A stretch of DNA of 64,000 nt from Massalongia carnosa (Eukaryota): assembly GCA_965645245.1 (NCBI GenBank), contig OZ287080.1:868001-932000 (forward strand), written 5' to 3'. Positions 44,599-56,637 of the stretch are shown here, one piece after another. Positions within the stretch are counted from its first letter, which is position 1; every line of letters starts with the position of its first letter. The position numbers were made by a program, and so were the translations under genes. The notes under the pieces were generated by a model. It did not search any database. It had not been told where the DNA came from and saw nothing but the letters and a program-made list of their open reading frames with translations.

Positions 44599-47500
44599 AA
44601 CATTCACGAACTTACAAAGACAAATTTTAAAATCGATATTCTTCGATTACTATAGGTTGTTACTAACACGGAGTAAAAATGGGGAAAAATTGACAATACA
44701 TAGATGGGTTATAAAGGGTTGATTTATTTGTAATATAGAAACATATCCTAAAATAGTTTAGTGTCATAACCTTAGGTTGAATACACTTAATGAATAAATA
44801 AAAAAAAAAATAAAAAGATTCGTTAAATCTTCAATATTATCATCCGTGAACGGGTTTTTTGTGTACATTGCTGAAACAAACGCATCGCATTTGTGATCGA
44901 ATAGAACATTTAACTTATTTTCATATTGAATAGGTGGTATTTTTTCGAACATGCGCGGTTTAGTGTATTTATAAGCTGTAAATACGTCTTTATTCGCTGC
45001 GTTTTCGAGGAAAGCCAACCAAGTTTGTTATTTCGCTTTTCGAATTGCATGAAAGTACTCGATTCGACTATGTCTAAATGTTTGATGACTAAAATAGGAC
45101 GGATTATTCTTCCATTCTCGACGATATCTACACATGATTTTTCGAAGTCCGGTTAAATCTTGCGACCACCAATTTTTCGATTTTGCGCATATTTTTGTCT
45201 TCGGAATAAACATTTCAGCCGCGTTTTTGATAACGTTTTGCAAATATAACGCTGATTCATCAAAATGATAATTGTTCAATAGACTTTGTATTTGGGACTC
45301 GTAGTTTATTACATTTTCGTCTAGAAACTTCGCGAATTTAGCCCAATCGGCTTTATTGCAGTTGTATTTATTCGATAATGCGGTTGCGTGTGACGTCAAG
45401 TTCTTGAAAGACGCGATAAGTTCAAATCGAATAACTTCATGATCTGAACCCGTGACTGCGTTTTCATCGATTGACCAATTTGTAATTGCGTTTTCGATTT
45501 TAGAATTTGCAAATGTTAAATCAATAATAAATGAAGAGTTACCTGAATGAGCAAAAAATGTATATAGATCAGGCGTATTTATCAAACTACATTTGTTTAA
45601 TTTTAACCATTTGACTAGATTTTCTGATCGAATTGCATTTTGACTCTTCGAATTCCACCAGCTATGATGTGCATTGAAATCTGCACATATGACAAATTGA
45701 TCAGTTGATATAGGTTGATATATAACTAAAAGTCGATCGATTGTATATGTTTCTCGATCGTTTAAACTTTTTTCATTGTAAAGGTTAAAGATCTGCACTT
45801 TTCGAACTTCATCAATTGTAATTTCGATAATTTGCAGATCAGTATCGTTTATAAGGTCCGTTTTAGGCGTGCATTGTAATTTTGGATTGCATTTTGTAAC
45901 GAATATAGCTACTCTCGGCCGATAAGTCGCTATTTTCGGCATAATACATGTGAATGACGGATGGGAAATTGTTTTTTGATCTCGCGTCCATGGTTCCTGA
46001 AATAAAACAATATCAACAAGATTTAATACTGCATATTTCAGACACGAAATCATTGCATTCGTTGACTTTGCACAATTATGTTGAATAAATTTGACATTTT
46101 GTGTATTTTCGATATTTGTCAACGAATGTTGTCACGCCATTAACCAAGCATTAATTCATCATTCGATTTTCTAGGATTTAGCGAGATAAACATTTCGCAA
46201 CCTATATCGTTCGATTTATGATTTTTGTTGCAATTGACGCATTTCAGAATTGCATGTGCGCATGCGATTTTAGACTTGCATGTTGTGCATTCATGATTAT
46301 GCGTTTCATGACTTTGTGCGCATATATTGCATTTTGCCGGACTTTTGCATTGATAATGCTTATGTCCAAATTTCTGACAATTAATACATTGCGTTTTTGG
46401 ACGAACGGAAGCAAATATTTCCGTGTCACAATGTCTACCCGCGATATTCACGCCTCTTAACGCTATTGACGCTTGATTTTGATTATTGAAAGTCAAAACT
46501 ACCGACAACGTGACTTTGTTTTGACGATCCCGAGCAAGCCATCTTGGTAAATCATATAGTTGCATATTCGAATGGTATTTTCCGATTTCGGTTTGCAAAT
46601 ATTGCATGTTATTATCGAATAACGAGATATTTACTCCGTGTGCTACGACTTTAAACCAGGATTCGTCTTTTCGAATTCTTTGTGATTCGAAAATGTGTTC
46701 CCATGAAGATTTATTTTTCAACAATTCTTCGGCATTGTTGTCAGGGCTAGTGGTGAGAAGGATATTCTGACCGGTTTTGGACTTTTCAACAGTATTGACG
46801 ATTATGTTTAAATTTGCGTTTTTTAATAGCGCGTTAATTTGATCACGCAACTTCATAGAGTCGATTTGAGCGTCAGGATTTTTCGGTGAAACCACGAGTC
46901 GTCTGGCCTTGATTGCATCAAATCGATCGACTTTGATCGAATTAAGATTCGAACTTTTCGTTTGAATAGTAGTCCAATTTTCGGAGTTTTCAGTTGCTTT
47001 TCCAAGCATTTGACTTCATGTACCGGTTGTGCTAACATTGTTACCAGAGTCCCCGGTGGCTCCTTTGCGAATGGTCTGATTTTCGGTAATTGAATTTTCG
47101 TTCAATTTAACAGCAGGTTTTTGGATTTTTGGACCGTTCTGTAGTGGAGTCGTTTGTTGTTGTGACGTTTTTGAGGAAAGATGACTAGTTTGATCAAGTA
47201 CTATGCCCATTTTATAGTTAATCATATCTAAGGATATTTGTAAATTGATTGATTTTTTCGAAATCAACGAATTAACGTTGTCAATTACGATAGCCGTTTG
47301 TGGATTTTGGTCGAGTACAAATGATTGCAATAATGCTTTTTTGGCCGACTTTAGAAGCTCAATTAAATTTGCCCGATTGATCGCTTCTTGGCTATCTCTC
47401 GAATGTTCGTCAAATGTGCGTCTTTTATTTCGTTTGATTGGTGGGCTTGATCCAATGTTTAAGTTCAATGAATGCATCGGCAAGATAGTGGAAAATGGAC

Positions 47501-47985
47501 CCGATGGGAATTTCGTTGCCTTTGGTGTCGGTGTGGACGGGGCTGATGCATATTCGCGAGTTTGATCCATAGGTTCAAGACGGGGAGAGCTCCCTATCAA
47601 CGCCACCGGAGATGGTCCGGGGGAGTGTCGGGGGGGGGCCGGGTAAGGGGTCGATAGGGGGGCGGGACCGGCTGGGGGTGGTGTCCTTGGTATATTCCGG
47701 CGGTTCATTACCGCGTTAAACATGGATTTATAAATAAATCGATGTTGCCTTTGCTATATCCCCTTTATCGCCACCAAATAATTTATTCTGACGTTCCCCG
47801 GACGTAATAGTCAGAATAGAGAGTTTTTACGCCGATTTACTGGTCTAAAGACTCTTGCTTTCCAAACCCTATTTGTTTGACAATAACAAGTCAAATAAAT
47901 CCTAGTCGAGTTAAAATAGACCGTTCCTCGCTTAGGCAATAGATCTTATTTAACTCTTTACCTTGACACTACGATATTTGGAATA

Positions 47986-50640
47986 CGCCCGTTTGCAAAA
48001 TGGTGTGCCGAACTTTGAACCCCGAAACTGCGGGGTAAAAAAAAATATTAAGCTACAGAATTGGACCACACAGTAGAATTTGGTGCAGTAGCTAATGGCC
48101 CTCCTCCCTTTCACACCACCTTTTACAGTCTGTAGGATAAATGATATGTAGTGTTTTCATGTAGATCTTTATTCTTGCTACCTCGTAGTTTCAAAAGCAA
48201 ACATGGGACGATCATTCAGCATCATCAAACGCCAGGCTATAAAGTTCAGGCTGGAATCTGATGAAGATGCTACTGGTGTCAGCATTAGACAACTACGTAA
48301 GATGAGACATAATTGGGAACATTTCAGTGAGGTTGCAAAACCTCAGCTTGCTAGTGGACGGCGCAAGAAAATGAACCAACAACAAATCGAGCAACTACTC
48401 ATGTATCTGGATCAGAGACCTACCTCTTATTTGGACGAGATATGCTGGTTTTTGTATGATGAATTCGACGTCTTGGTGAGCGAGTCTACGGTTTCTCGAA
48501 CTCTTAAGCAGATGGCCTGGAATCGAAAGATGGCTATTCGTATAGCATAACAACGCAACCAATCTTTGCGTGATGAGAAGATGATTAGACTGGGAGGATG
48601 GAGGGCAGATCAGTTGATTTTCTGGACGAAAGCGCTACATGCGAGCATACTGGTCAGTACTATTTGAAGAACTTCAGTTTCTTTGCTAATTGTTATTACT
48701 TTAGGTGATCGTCGATATAGATGGGCCGCACCAGGAATCAAACCGACTATGATTCAAGCGCTCAAACTTTCTAAGAGATGGAGTATATTACTAGCGTTCA
48801 CCATCGACGGTTTTATAGCTTGGGAGGTGCATCATGGCTCTATAATATCAGATATTCTGAATGAATTCGTCAGGCTCAAGGCTTTACCATACTGCCCTGG
48901 AGGTAATGGTCCTCGTTCGGTTTTGATTATGGATAATGCCTCTATACATTGGAGTGAGGAATTGAGGATCATGTGTCAGGATGCATATGTTTTGCTGGTT
49001 CATTTGCCTCCGTAATCACCCGATTTTAATCCAATAGAGACTTCATTCTCTATTCTTAAGGCCTGGATTAAACGTTACAGTAGTTTAATTGATTCATATA
49101 TAGAGGAATCTGGTGGATTTGGGAGATTTTTAGAAGATGCACTTGTTAGATGGTAAGGACTAACATCTAACATCCATCTAGTTATTAGATGGTAAGAACT
49201 GTTAGAGGGTAAGTATTAGATGGTAAGAACTGTTAGACTACCATAATGGGCATCCGTCTAGTGCCTATCTTTGGTGACCCTACCACGGGGGCCGAAGTGA
49301 CCTCTGGGGACCGAGAATCAGTGGACCAGCTGACTCCCTATGAAAGAGGGTCGCCGGAAAGTCTTCAATGTGACTGCTATATAATGAGTAGATAGCTCAC
49401 ATATAATCCAAACCTTCAATAACAATCATGCTATTATACCTACAAAGTGAAGCTATATTTTCATAGCACTACAGGCTATAAGTGAAGATGTTTCACATGA
49501 TGCAGGTGCATTGTTTCGACAGTCTAGTATTGAATAAAACTCATAAAAATCAATTTCCTCATCAGCTACTGTCTTCCGTATCATCCTCCTCGTCCTCCTC
49601 ATCCTCCTCATCCTCCTCGTCCTCCTCGTCCTCCTCGTCCTCCTCGTCCTCCTCGTCCTCCTCGTCCTCCTCGTCCTCCTGATTGTCCTCCTCCTCTTCC
49701 TCCTCATCGTCCTCGTCAAGGTCCTCCTCCTTCTCCTCTCCCTCCTCCTCGTCATTCAAAGCCTTTTGTGTAGTCCTAGTAGTTAGCGGACGTATATTGA
49801 AGCTTGGCCGGAAATTCTTTGGCAAAGATTGACTGGAGGAACGTGATTCTGATGGAGGAGGAGGAACAATTATAGGTTCAGAATCGTGCTCGGATGATTG
49901 CTGCTTCAATTGTCTAGCAAATTTGCTGACATCGCGAGCCAAACGTATGCCGATGCCAGGTTGGATTCCCATTTTCTCCCATTTTTCCTCATAAACAGTA
50001 CCTTTCCACTGCTGAATGGTGTGGTTTGTAAATCAGAGTAAACAAAACAGGCTCGGGCTCAGGCTCAGGCTCAGGTTCAGGAGCACTAGATAGCTCGGAA
50101 AGACAAGGAGAAGGCGTACTACTGCGAGTCGGACGAACATTCCTTGGCTCGGGGAGGAGGAGACGATGAGGAGGTAAAGGCGAAGCCGAAGGAGAAGCTG
50201 GAGGAGATGGTAAAGGTGGACGTGATGGAAGATCAGGAATACGGGCATTTAAAACTGGTGATGATGATCTAGGAGGATTGATTCTAAGCCTTTGTTTAAA
50301 TGAACGTGCTGAGTTCCTAGGTAATTCAGTAGTAGATGCTCGTTTTCATGATTGTTTGGAGGGCTGTTTGGGGGGCTGTTTTAAAGGCTGTTTAGGAGGC
50401 TGTTTTCGAGGCATGATGACTGGAATAACTACGTTGAAAGTTCATACAAACGACAATCAAAAGGATATCATTAACCATATTATCCTATAGACTGCCAAGG
50501 GCAGTGTGAAGGGGAGGAGGGCTATTAGCTATGTACTGCACCAAATTCTGTTGTGTGGTCCAATTCTGTCGCTTATTATTTTTTTTTTTACCGCGCAGTT
50601 TCGGGGTTCAAAGTTGGGCACACCATTTTGCAAACGGGTG
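47986..50640 (+). mobile_element. Tc1/IS630-like transposon, copy 2 (defective)
   Basis: Same TIRs (cgcccgtttgc...gcaaacgggtg) with TA at 47984-85 and aa at 50641-42. The transposase from 48203 has stops and a frameshift and keeps the intron (48653-48704). The second gene has a ~1.2-kb deletion at ~50035. Confidence 0.95.
49144..49465 (+). mobile_element. Solo LTR (322 bp) inserted in the copy-2 transposase
   Basis: 5-bp TSD gcact (49139-49143, 49466-49470); empty site at ~4341 in copy 1; begins TGTTAG and ends CATA; TATA-like motif at ~49378. Confidence 0.85.
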
Positions 50641-51205
50641 AATAATAAGAATTTTACGATCGAACAGAAAATTTTTTTTTTTAAAAAATGTTTTTGATCC
50701 AGAAATAAAAATCAAGTACAATGAGAGAGTAGGAGACTTCCTATTCTGGTTAGCTTGAAACAGGGCCTTTGGTTTAACCCTATTTCAGACGTTTTTCCCC
50801 TTCGTTTCAGCAGATTGTTGGTCGGCAGTTCAACGAAAATCGAAAAAACCCAAAATGGAATAGTGTATACGGTACCGGTAACCTTAAATTTCAAATGAAT
50901 ACCAAGAAGTTTTGTTGTCTCGAGAACAGGTTGTACAGTTACGCGACAGTGATGTTATTTTGTAGATAATTTTTGTGATAATAGATGAGATCTATGCGAC
51001 AATTAAACCGAAGAAATATCGAAAATCGAGCGATTTTTGACGTTGTTGTTGTTGTTTTTGTGTTTTGTAGATTTTTTGGACGCGCTTTTTGGTGAAGGGG
51101 CGGACTGACCGCGAGGAAAACTCTGCAGGAGCAGTGGAAGAGCTCTCCTGTACCCAATTCTGATGGGTTTTAGCATCTGGTAGGCTCAAATGAATGAGAA
51201 GAATG

Positions 51206-52972
51206 TCAGAAATCTGGTATAATGGTCAAAAGAAATATGAAAAGCTATTTCAGAATGTGCAAAATCGAATGATTCGAAAGATTTTAGTCACATTCAAAAC
51301 CACGCCTGTTCAGGCGATGGAAATTGAATCGCATATTTTACCAGCCAAGCTACGATTATTGATGAAAAATCAAAAATACGCAATTCGATTATTGAAGATT
51401 GCCGAAAATAATCCTATTTGTCTAAGAATTCCCAGTACCTATTCGGTGAAATTCGAAAACATCGGTTTTGACATTAGTTTATGGAACAACAGATATGCTA
51501 AATGGAACGAAGAAGAGAAAAAATTGATTAAAGCTCATCCAAGTCAGCTTGTCCATATTCTTCATTCCGTTTCTGATATAGTTCACAAAACTGATGAATT
51601 CGAATCAATAAATAATTTCATCAAACCATGAAAGCCGTTTTGTAAAATCAAGTTCCAAATCGAAATATCAAAAGAAACAGCAAAGTCAAGTTATTGTTCG
51701 ACTTTATCAAAAATTCAATCAATAAACGCCGATAAATCGCAAGTGTTACTCTATACCGATGGATCAAAAACCGAGTTTTCAACTTCCGCTGTCACATTCG
51801 CACCAATTATGCGAAATTGGAACAATTTCACCGATAACTTCAATCGTTTTATCGAAAAAGATTTTCTCCTCAAACATCATACGATTTCGTAAAGCTGGAA
51901 ATTAAACAAACAGTCAAGCGTTAAAAACGCTGAACTGTATGTGATACTACAAGGAATAAAATGGGCATACAAATTGACAATTGCGAATATTCTCTCCACT
52001 TTGGAAAATACGATTTAGATTTTTTCCGATAGCATAAACGCGGTAAACGAAATTCAGAACTTGACAAATCATAATTACGAAAAACAAATTCGAAAATTCT
52101 CGAAATGCTTATTCGGAAACAATTATCAGGTGGTTCTAAAATGGATTCCTAGTCATTCGAAAATCGTCGAAAATGAAATTGCAGATAAAGCAGCAAAAGC
52201 GGGACATGGTCGAATCCTAGTCGAGTCTTCGATAATAACATTTGATTATATAAAGGGTCAAATAAATCGAAATATGTTAGCCACATGGGCGAATCAATGG
52301 CAACAATGCAAGTCAAAAGGCAAATACTATGAGAAATTCGATATGCAGCCGGGCAAATCAGTTTTTATTATCTGTCGAATAATTTTTCGAAATTAATATT
52401 TGCGACTATTATGCAAATGAAATTCGGATACGGTTATTTTCAACCGTATCTGCACCGATTGAAAGATAATAATTCGTCAAAATGCACAGGGCGCTGCAAC
52501 GAACGTCAAACGCCAGAACACTTATTGATGAATTGCATACATTTTTCAAATGAAATCCTAAACATGAAATAAAAAATCGATACCACAATTACTTTAAAAA
52601 TTTTGTTTAATACTAGGATCGGAAAGAATATTTTGATTAAATTTATTGTTGATAACAAAATCGCGACTAGAAAATGGATGCTAGGTCAGCTCGATGATGA
52701 AAATATCGAAACGGGAGGTTGGGGAGAGATCGAACAGTAAAATTAGAAATGATTTTTGCTAGAATATTCACGAGCTTTATAAAAACAAGTTGTAAAATCG
52801 ATATTTCGATTACTAAAGGTTGTTACTAACACGGAGTAAAAACGGGGCAATATTGACGATAGATAGTTGGGTTATAAAGGGTTGATTTATTTGTAAAATA
52901 AAACCATATCTTAAAATAGTTAAGTGTCATAACCTTAGGTTGAATACACTTAATGAATAAATAATAAAAAAA
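51206..52972 (+). mobile_element. 3' segment (RNase H, 3'UTR, tail) of the LINE that begins at 31062
   Basis: Resumes at the SEIWYNG motif; tail at ~52952-52972. Confidence 0.92.
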
Positions 52973-55900
52973 TTAATCAAAATTTCATTTCCAATTTTTG
53001 TATTAAACAACATATTCAAGTTCATCATAGTATCGATATTTTATTTCATGTTTTGAATTTCATCGAAATAGTGAATGCAATTCACTAACAAGTGTTCTGG
53101 TGTTTGTCGTTGATTGCATCGATTTGTGCATTTTGACGAATTATAATCTTTCAATCGCTGTAAATATGATCGAAAATAGCCGTGTCCAAATTTTAATTGC
53201 ATAATAGTAGCAAATATCAATTTGGAACAGTTGTTTGATAAATAATAAAATCTCGATATGCCGGGTTTCATTTCGAATTTCTCCTAGTATTTGCCTGTTG
53301 ATTTGCATTGTTGCCATTGATTCGTCCATGTGGTTAGCATATTTTGATTTATTTGATCTTTTATATAATCAAATGTTATCGCCGAGGACTCGACTAGAAT
53401 TTGATTATGGCCCGTCTTTGCTATTTTGTCTTCAATTTCGTTTTCGGTAATATTTGAATGACTCGTAACCCATTGCAAGATAACCTGATAATTGCTTTCA
53501 AATAAGCGTTTTGCGAGCTTTCAAATTTGTCTAGCGAAAATATGATTTGTCAAGTTCTGAATTTCGTTTATCGCGTTTATACTATCAGAAAAAATCCAAA
53601 TCGTTTTTTCTAAGTTCGATAAAATATTAGTATTCGACAATTTATAGACCCATTTCATTGCTTGTAAAATCGCATGCAGTTCAGCATTTTTAATGCTTGA
53701 CTGTTTGCTTAATTTCCAGCTTTTCGAAATCGTATGATACTTGATCAGACAATCTTTTTCGATAAATCGATTAAAATTATTGATAATATTACTCCAATTC
53801 CTTATAATTGGCGCAAATGTGACTGCAGACGTTGCAAATTCGATTTTCGATCCATCTGTATAAAGTAAAACTCGGGATTTATCGGAGTTCATTGATTTAA
53901 TTTTGGATAAGGTCGAATAATAACTTGATTTAGCAGATTCCTTTGTATTTTCGATTTGGAATTCGATTTTGCACGGCGATTTCCAAGGTTTAATAAAATG
54001 ATTTGATTGTTCAAATTCATCAGTTTTGTGAACTATGTCGGAAACGGAATGAAGAACGCGAATAAGCTGACTACGATGTCGTTTATTTGTTTGTTTTTCG
54101 TCTTCGTTCCATTCGGCATATTTGTTGTTCTATAAACTAGTATCAAAACCGATATTTTCGAACTTTATCGAATATGTTTTTGGAATTCTTTGACAAATAG
54201 GGTTATTTTCGGCAATCTTCAATAATCGAATTGCGTATTTTTAATTTTTCATAAATAATCGAAGTTTAACTTGTAAACAATGTTATTCAATTTCCATCGC
54301 CTGAATAGGTGTGGTTTTGAAAGTTCCTAAAATCTTTCTAATCATTTGATTTTGTAGGTTCTGAAATAGTTTTTCATATTTCTTTTGACAATTATACCAA
54401 ATTTCTGAACCGTAATCCGAAATAGGAACAATGCATGACAAATAGAGCTGTCTGCATGCGGTCGGTTTCAGACCCCATTCGGATTTTATCAAATTCTGAA
54501 TTGCAAAAAACGATCGATTCGCAGAAGAGATCCGCGTTTCGACATGTTTTTTGAAATTTAGTTTTCGGTCTAACCAGACGCCCAACCATTTGACTACATT
54601 TTTCGGTTCTAGTACTGTCCCGTTTGGTAATTACAATGTGTCTTTCGATACATTTCTTGTCTTTTCGAAGTGAATCAGCTCGGATTTATCGTCAACAAAT
54701 TTGACATTATTCGATGCGGCCCAATCAAAGGCCGTCTTGACTATGATTTCGATTTCTTTGCAATTCTGTTTTGCAGTTTTATTTTCGACATATATTGCAA
54801 CATCGTCAATAAAACTGGGAGAATGTGCATTGAATTTCATTCGTATTTTCGGAAACAAGTGACGAATGTAAATCAGAAATAGAATAGGCGAGATTGGTGA
54901 GCCTTGTGGAATTCCTGATTCGACATAATATGTTTTGCTTTTATTTTCATCAAATATCAAATTGATCGATCGTTTTGTCATGAAATTCTTGACCCATTGA
55001 ATTATTATGCGAGATAATTTCAGCTTTTTCATAACATTTAGCAGTTGATTAATCGAGACAAAGTCAAATGCGCCATTGACATCGAGTAATAAACATGATA
55101 AGACGTTTTTATTTCTATTTGCAATTTCAATATCATGAACAACGTTCATTACTGCGTCAAATGCAGAATGATTTTTGCGTCCGCCCATCTGTTCGATATC
55201 GAGTAAATTCGAATATTCGCCGAAGTAGGCTAGTCGATTTGCAACGATTTTCTCAGCAATTTTACCAAGACAATTTAGTAATGTGATAATTCGATATGAT
55301 TTTGGAAACGAGTAGTCTGATTTATAAGGTTTTTTCAGAACTGCACCGAGTCCTGTCCGCCAGTATAACGGGTGATAACCGATTCGAATGAACTTCGAAT
55401 AAATCATAAAAAACACGTTTTTCAAACGATTGAAACGATTTTTGAACAATTGAAAAATTGATTGCATCAGGTCCACATGATTTCTTCGGATTAAATAATC
55501 TAATCGCATTTTTCAACTCGTTTTCGGTCAAATTTGGCCAATTATCATCATTTTCGCTGTCGTGATTTGATAAATCTTCCTCATTATCGTCAATAAATGG
55601 GTTTTTTGTATACATTGCTGACATAAATGCATCGCATTTGTCATCAAACTGAACATTTAGCTTGTTTTCACGTATAATCGGCGATATTTTATCGAATATG
55701 CGCGGTTTAGTGTATTTATACGCGGTGAATACATCTTTATTTGCTGCATTTTCTAGATAAGTCAACCAGGTTTGTTGTTTTGCTTTTCGAATTGCATGAA
55801 AATACTCGATTCGACTATGTTTAAACGTCCGATGACTAAAATCGGACGGATAATTCTTCCATTCTCGAGGATGTCTGCACATGGTTTTTCGAAGTTCAGT

Positions 55901-56239
55901 TAAATCTTGCAACAACCAATTTTTCGATTTTGCACAAATTTTCGTTTTTGGAATAAACATTTCAGCCGCGTTTTTGATAAATATATCGCTGATTCGTCGA
56001 ATTGATGATTATTCAATAAACTTTGAATTTTTGATTCGTAGATCTTTGAATTTTCGTCTAGGTACTTCGCGAAACTATACCAATCGGCATTATTGCAATT
56101 GTATTTATTCGATAATGCGGTTGCATGTGACGTCAAGTTTTGGAAAGATGCGATTAGTTCAAATCGTATGACTTCATGATCGGAACCTGTGACTGCGTTT
56201 TCATCGATTGACCAATTTGTAATTGCATTTTCGATTTTA
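52973..56239 (-). pseudogene. 5'-truncated LINE ORF2 (late APE, RT, RNase H), degenerate
   Basis: ORF pieces between 53041 and 56136. Confidence 0.92.
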
Positions 56240-56637
56240 ACATGGTCGGTTCATAAACGGGAGACCTTTATGAATAACGCGAAGTGGGCGTAAAAAACCC
56301 GTGAGGCGTGGTATGCAATGGCGGCCACCGTACGGAGACCGTCTGCATAGCCCGAAAGGACAGTATGCGCATGTCGGTGTATATAGAACAGGGAATTTCT
56401 ATCTCGCTCGTACCGAGACCCCGTCGGTTCGCCGGCGCATGGGCTACGGCTAGACTCCCCCTTGATATATGCTTAAGGAGTAAACTGGGTTTGACCTGGG
56501 CGAAAGGGACGTCGTTCACCCCAATCGTAGAATTTATCAATAATCTTAGGCCGTAAAACGCACCAGTGAGATGAACGAAAACTGGGATAGAGACCTCACG
56601 AAGGAGATGTCAACTCTATTTTATCATTCCTAGCCCG
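56240..56637 (+). mobile_element. Non-coding structured repeat, copy 1, 3' part, fused to B-type LINE ORF1
   Basis: Collinear with 30668-31065; ends ...attcctagcccg. Confidence 0.85.

Larger units (their letters stand above)
37995..44816 (+). mobile_element. Full-length A-type Tad1-like LINE (~6.8 kb), the best-preserved element in the window
   Basis: 12-bp TSD gattcgttaaat (37983-37994, 44817-44828), ~910-nt 5'UTR, two open ORFs, 3'UTR and A-rich tail. Confidence 0.97.
35045..51205 (-). mobile_element. Near-full-length C-type LINE in three segments (35045-37994, 44817-47985, 50641-51205)
   Basis: Tail at 35045. The segments rejoin across TSD gattcgttaaat and across the Tc1 TA site. Several stops and frameshifts are present. 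Confidence 0.92.

Noticed and set aside
56620..56637. Helitron 3' end (CTAG)
   Set aside because: Copy 2 has TTAG, the next base is C rather than T, and no conserved 5' TC terminus is evident.
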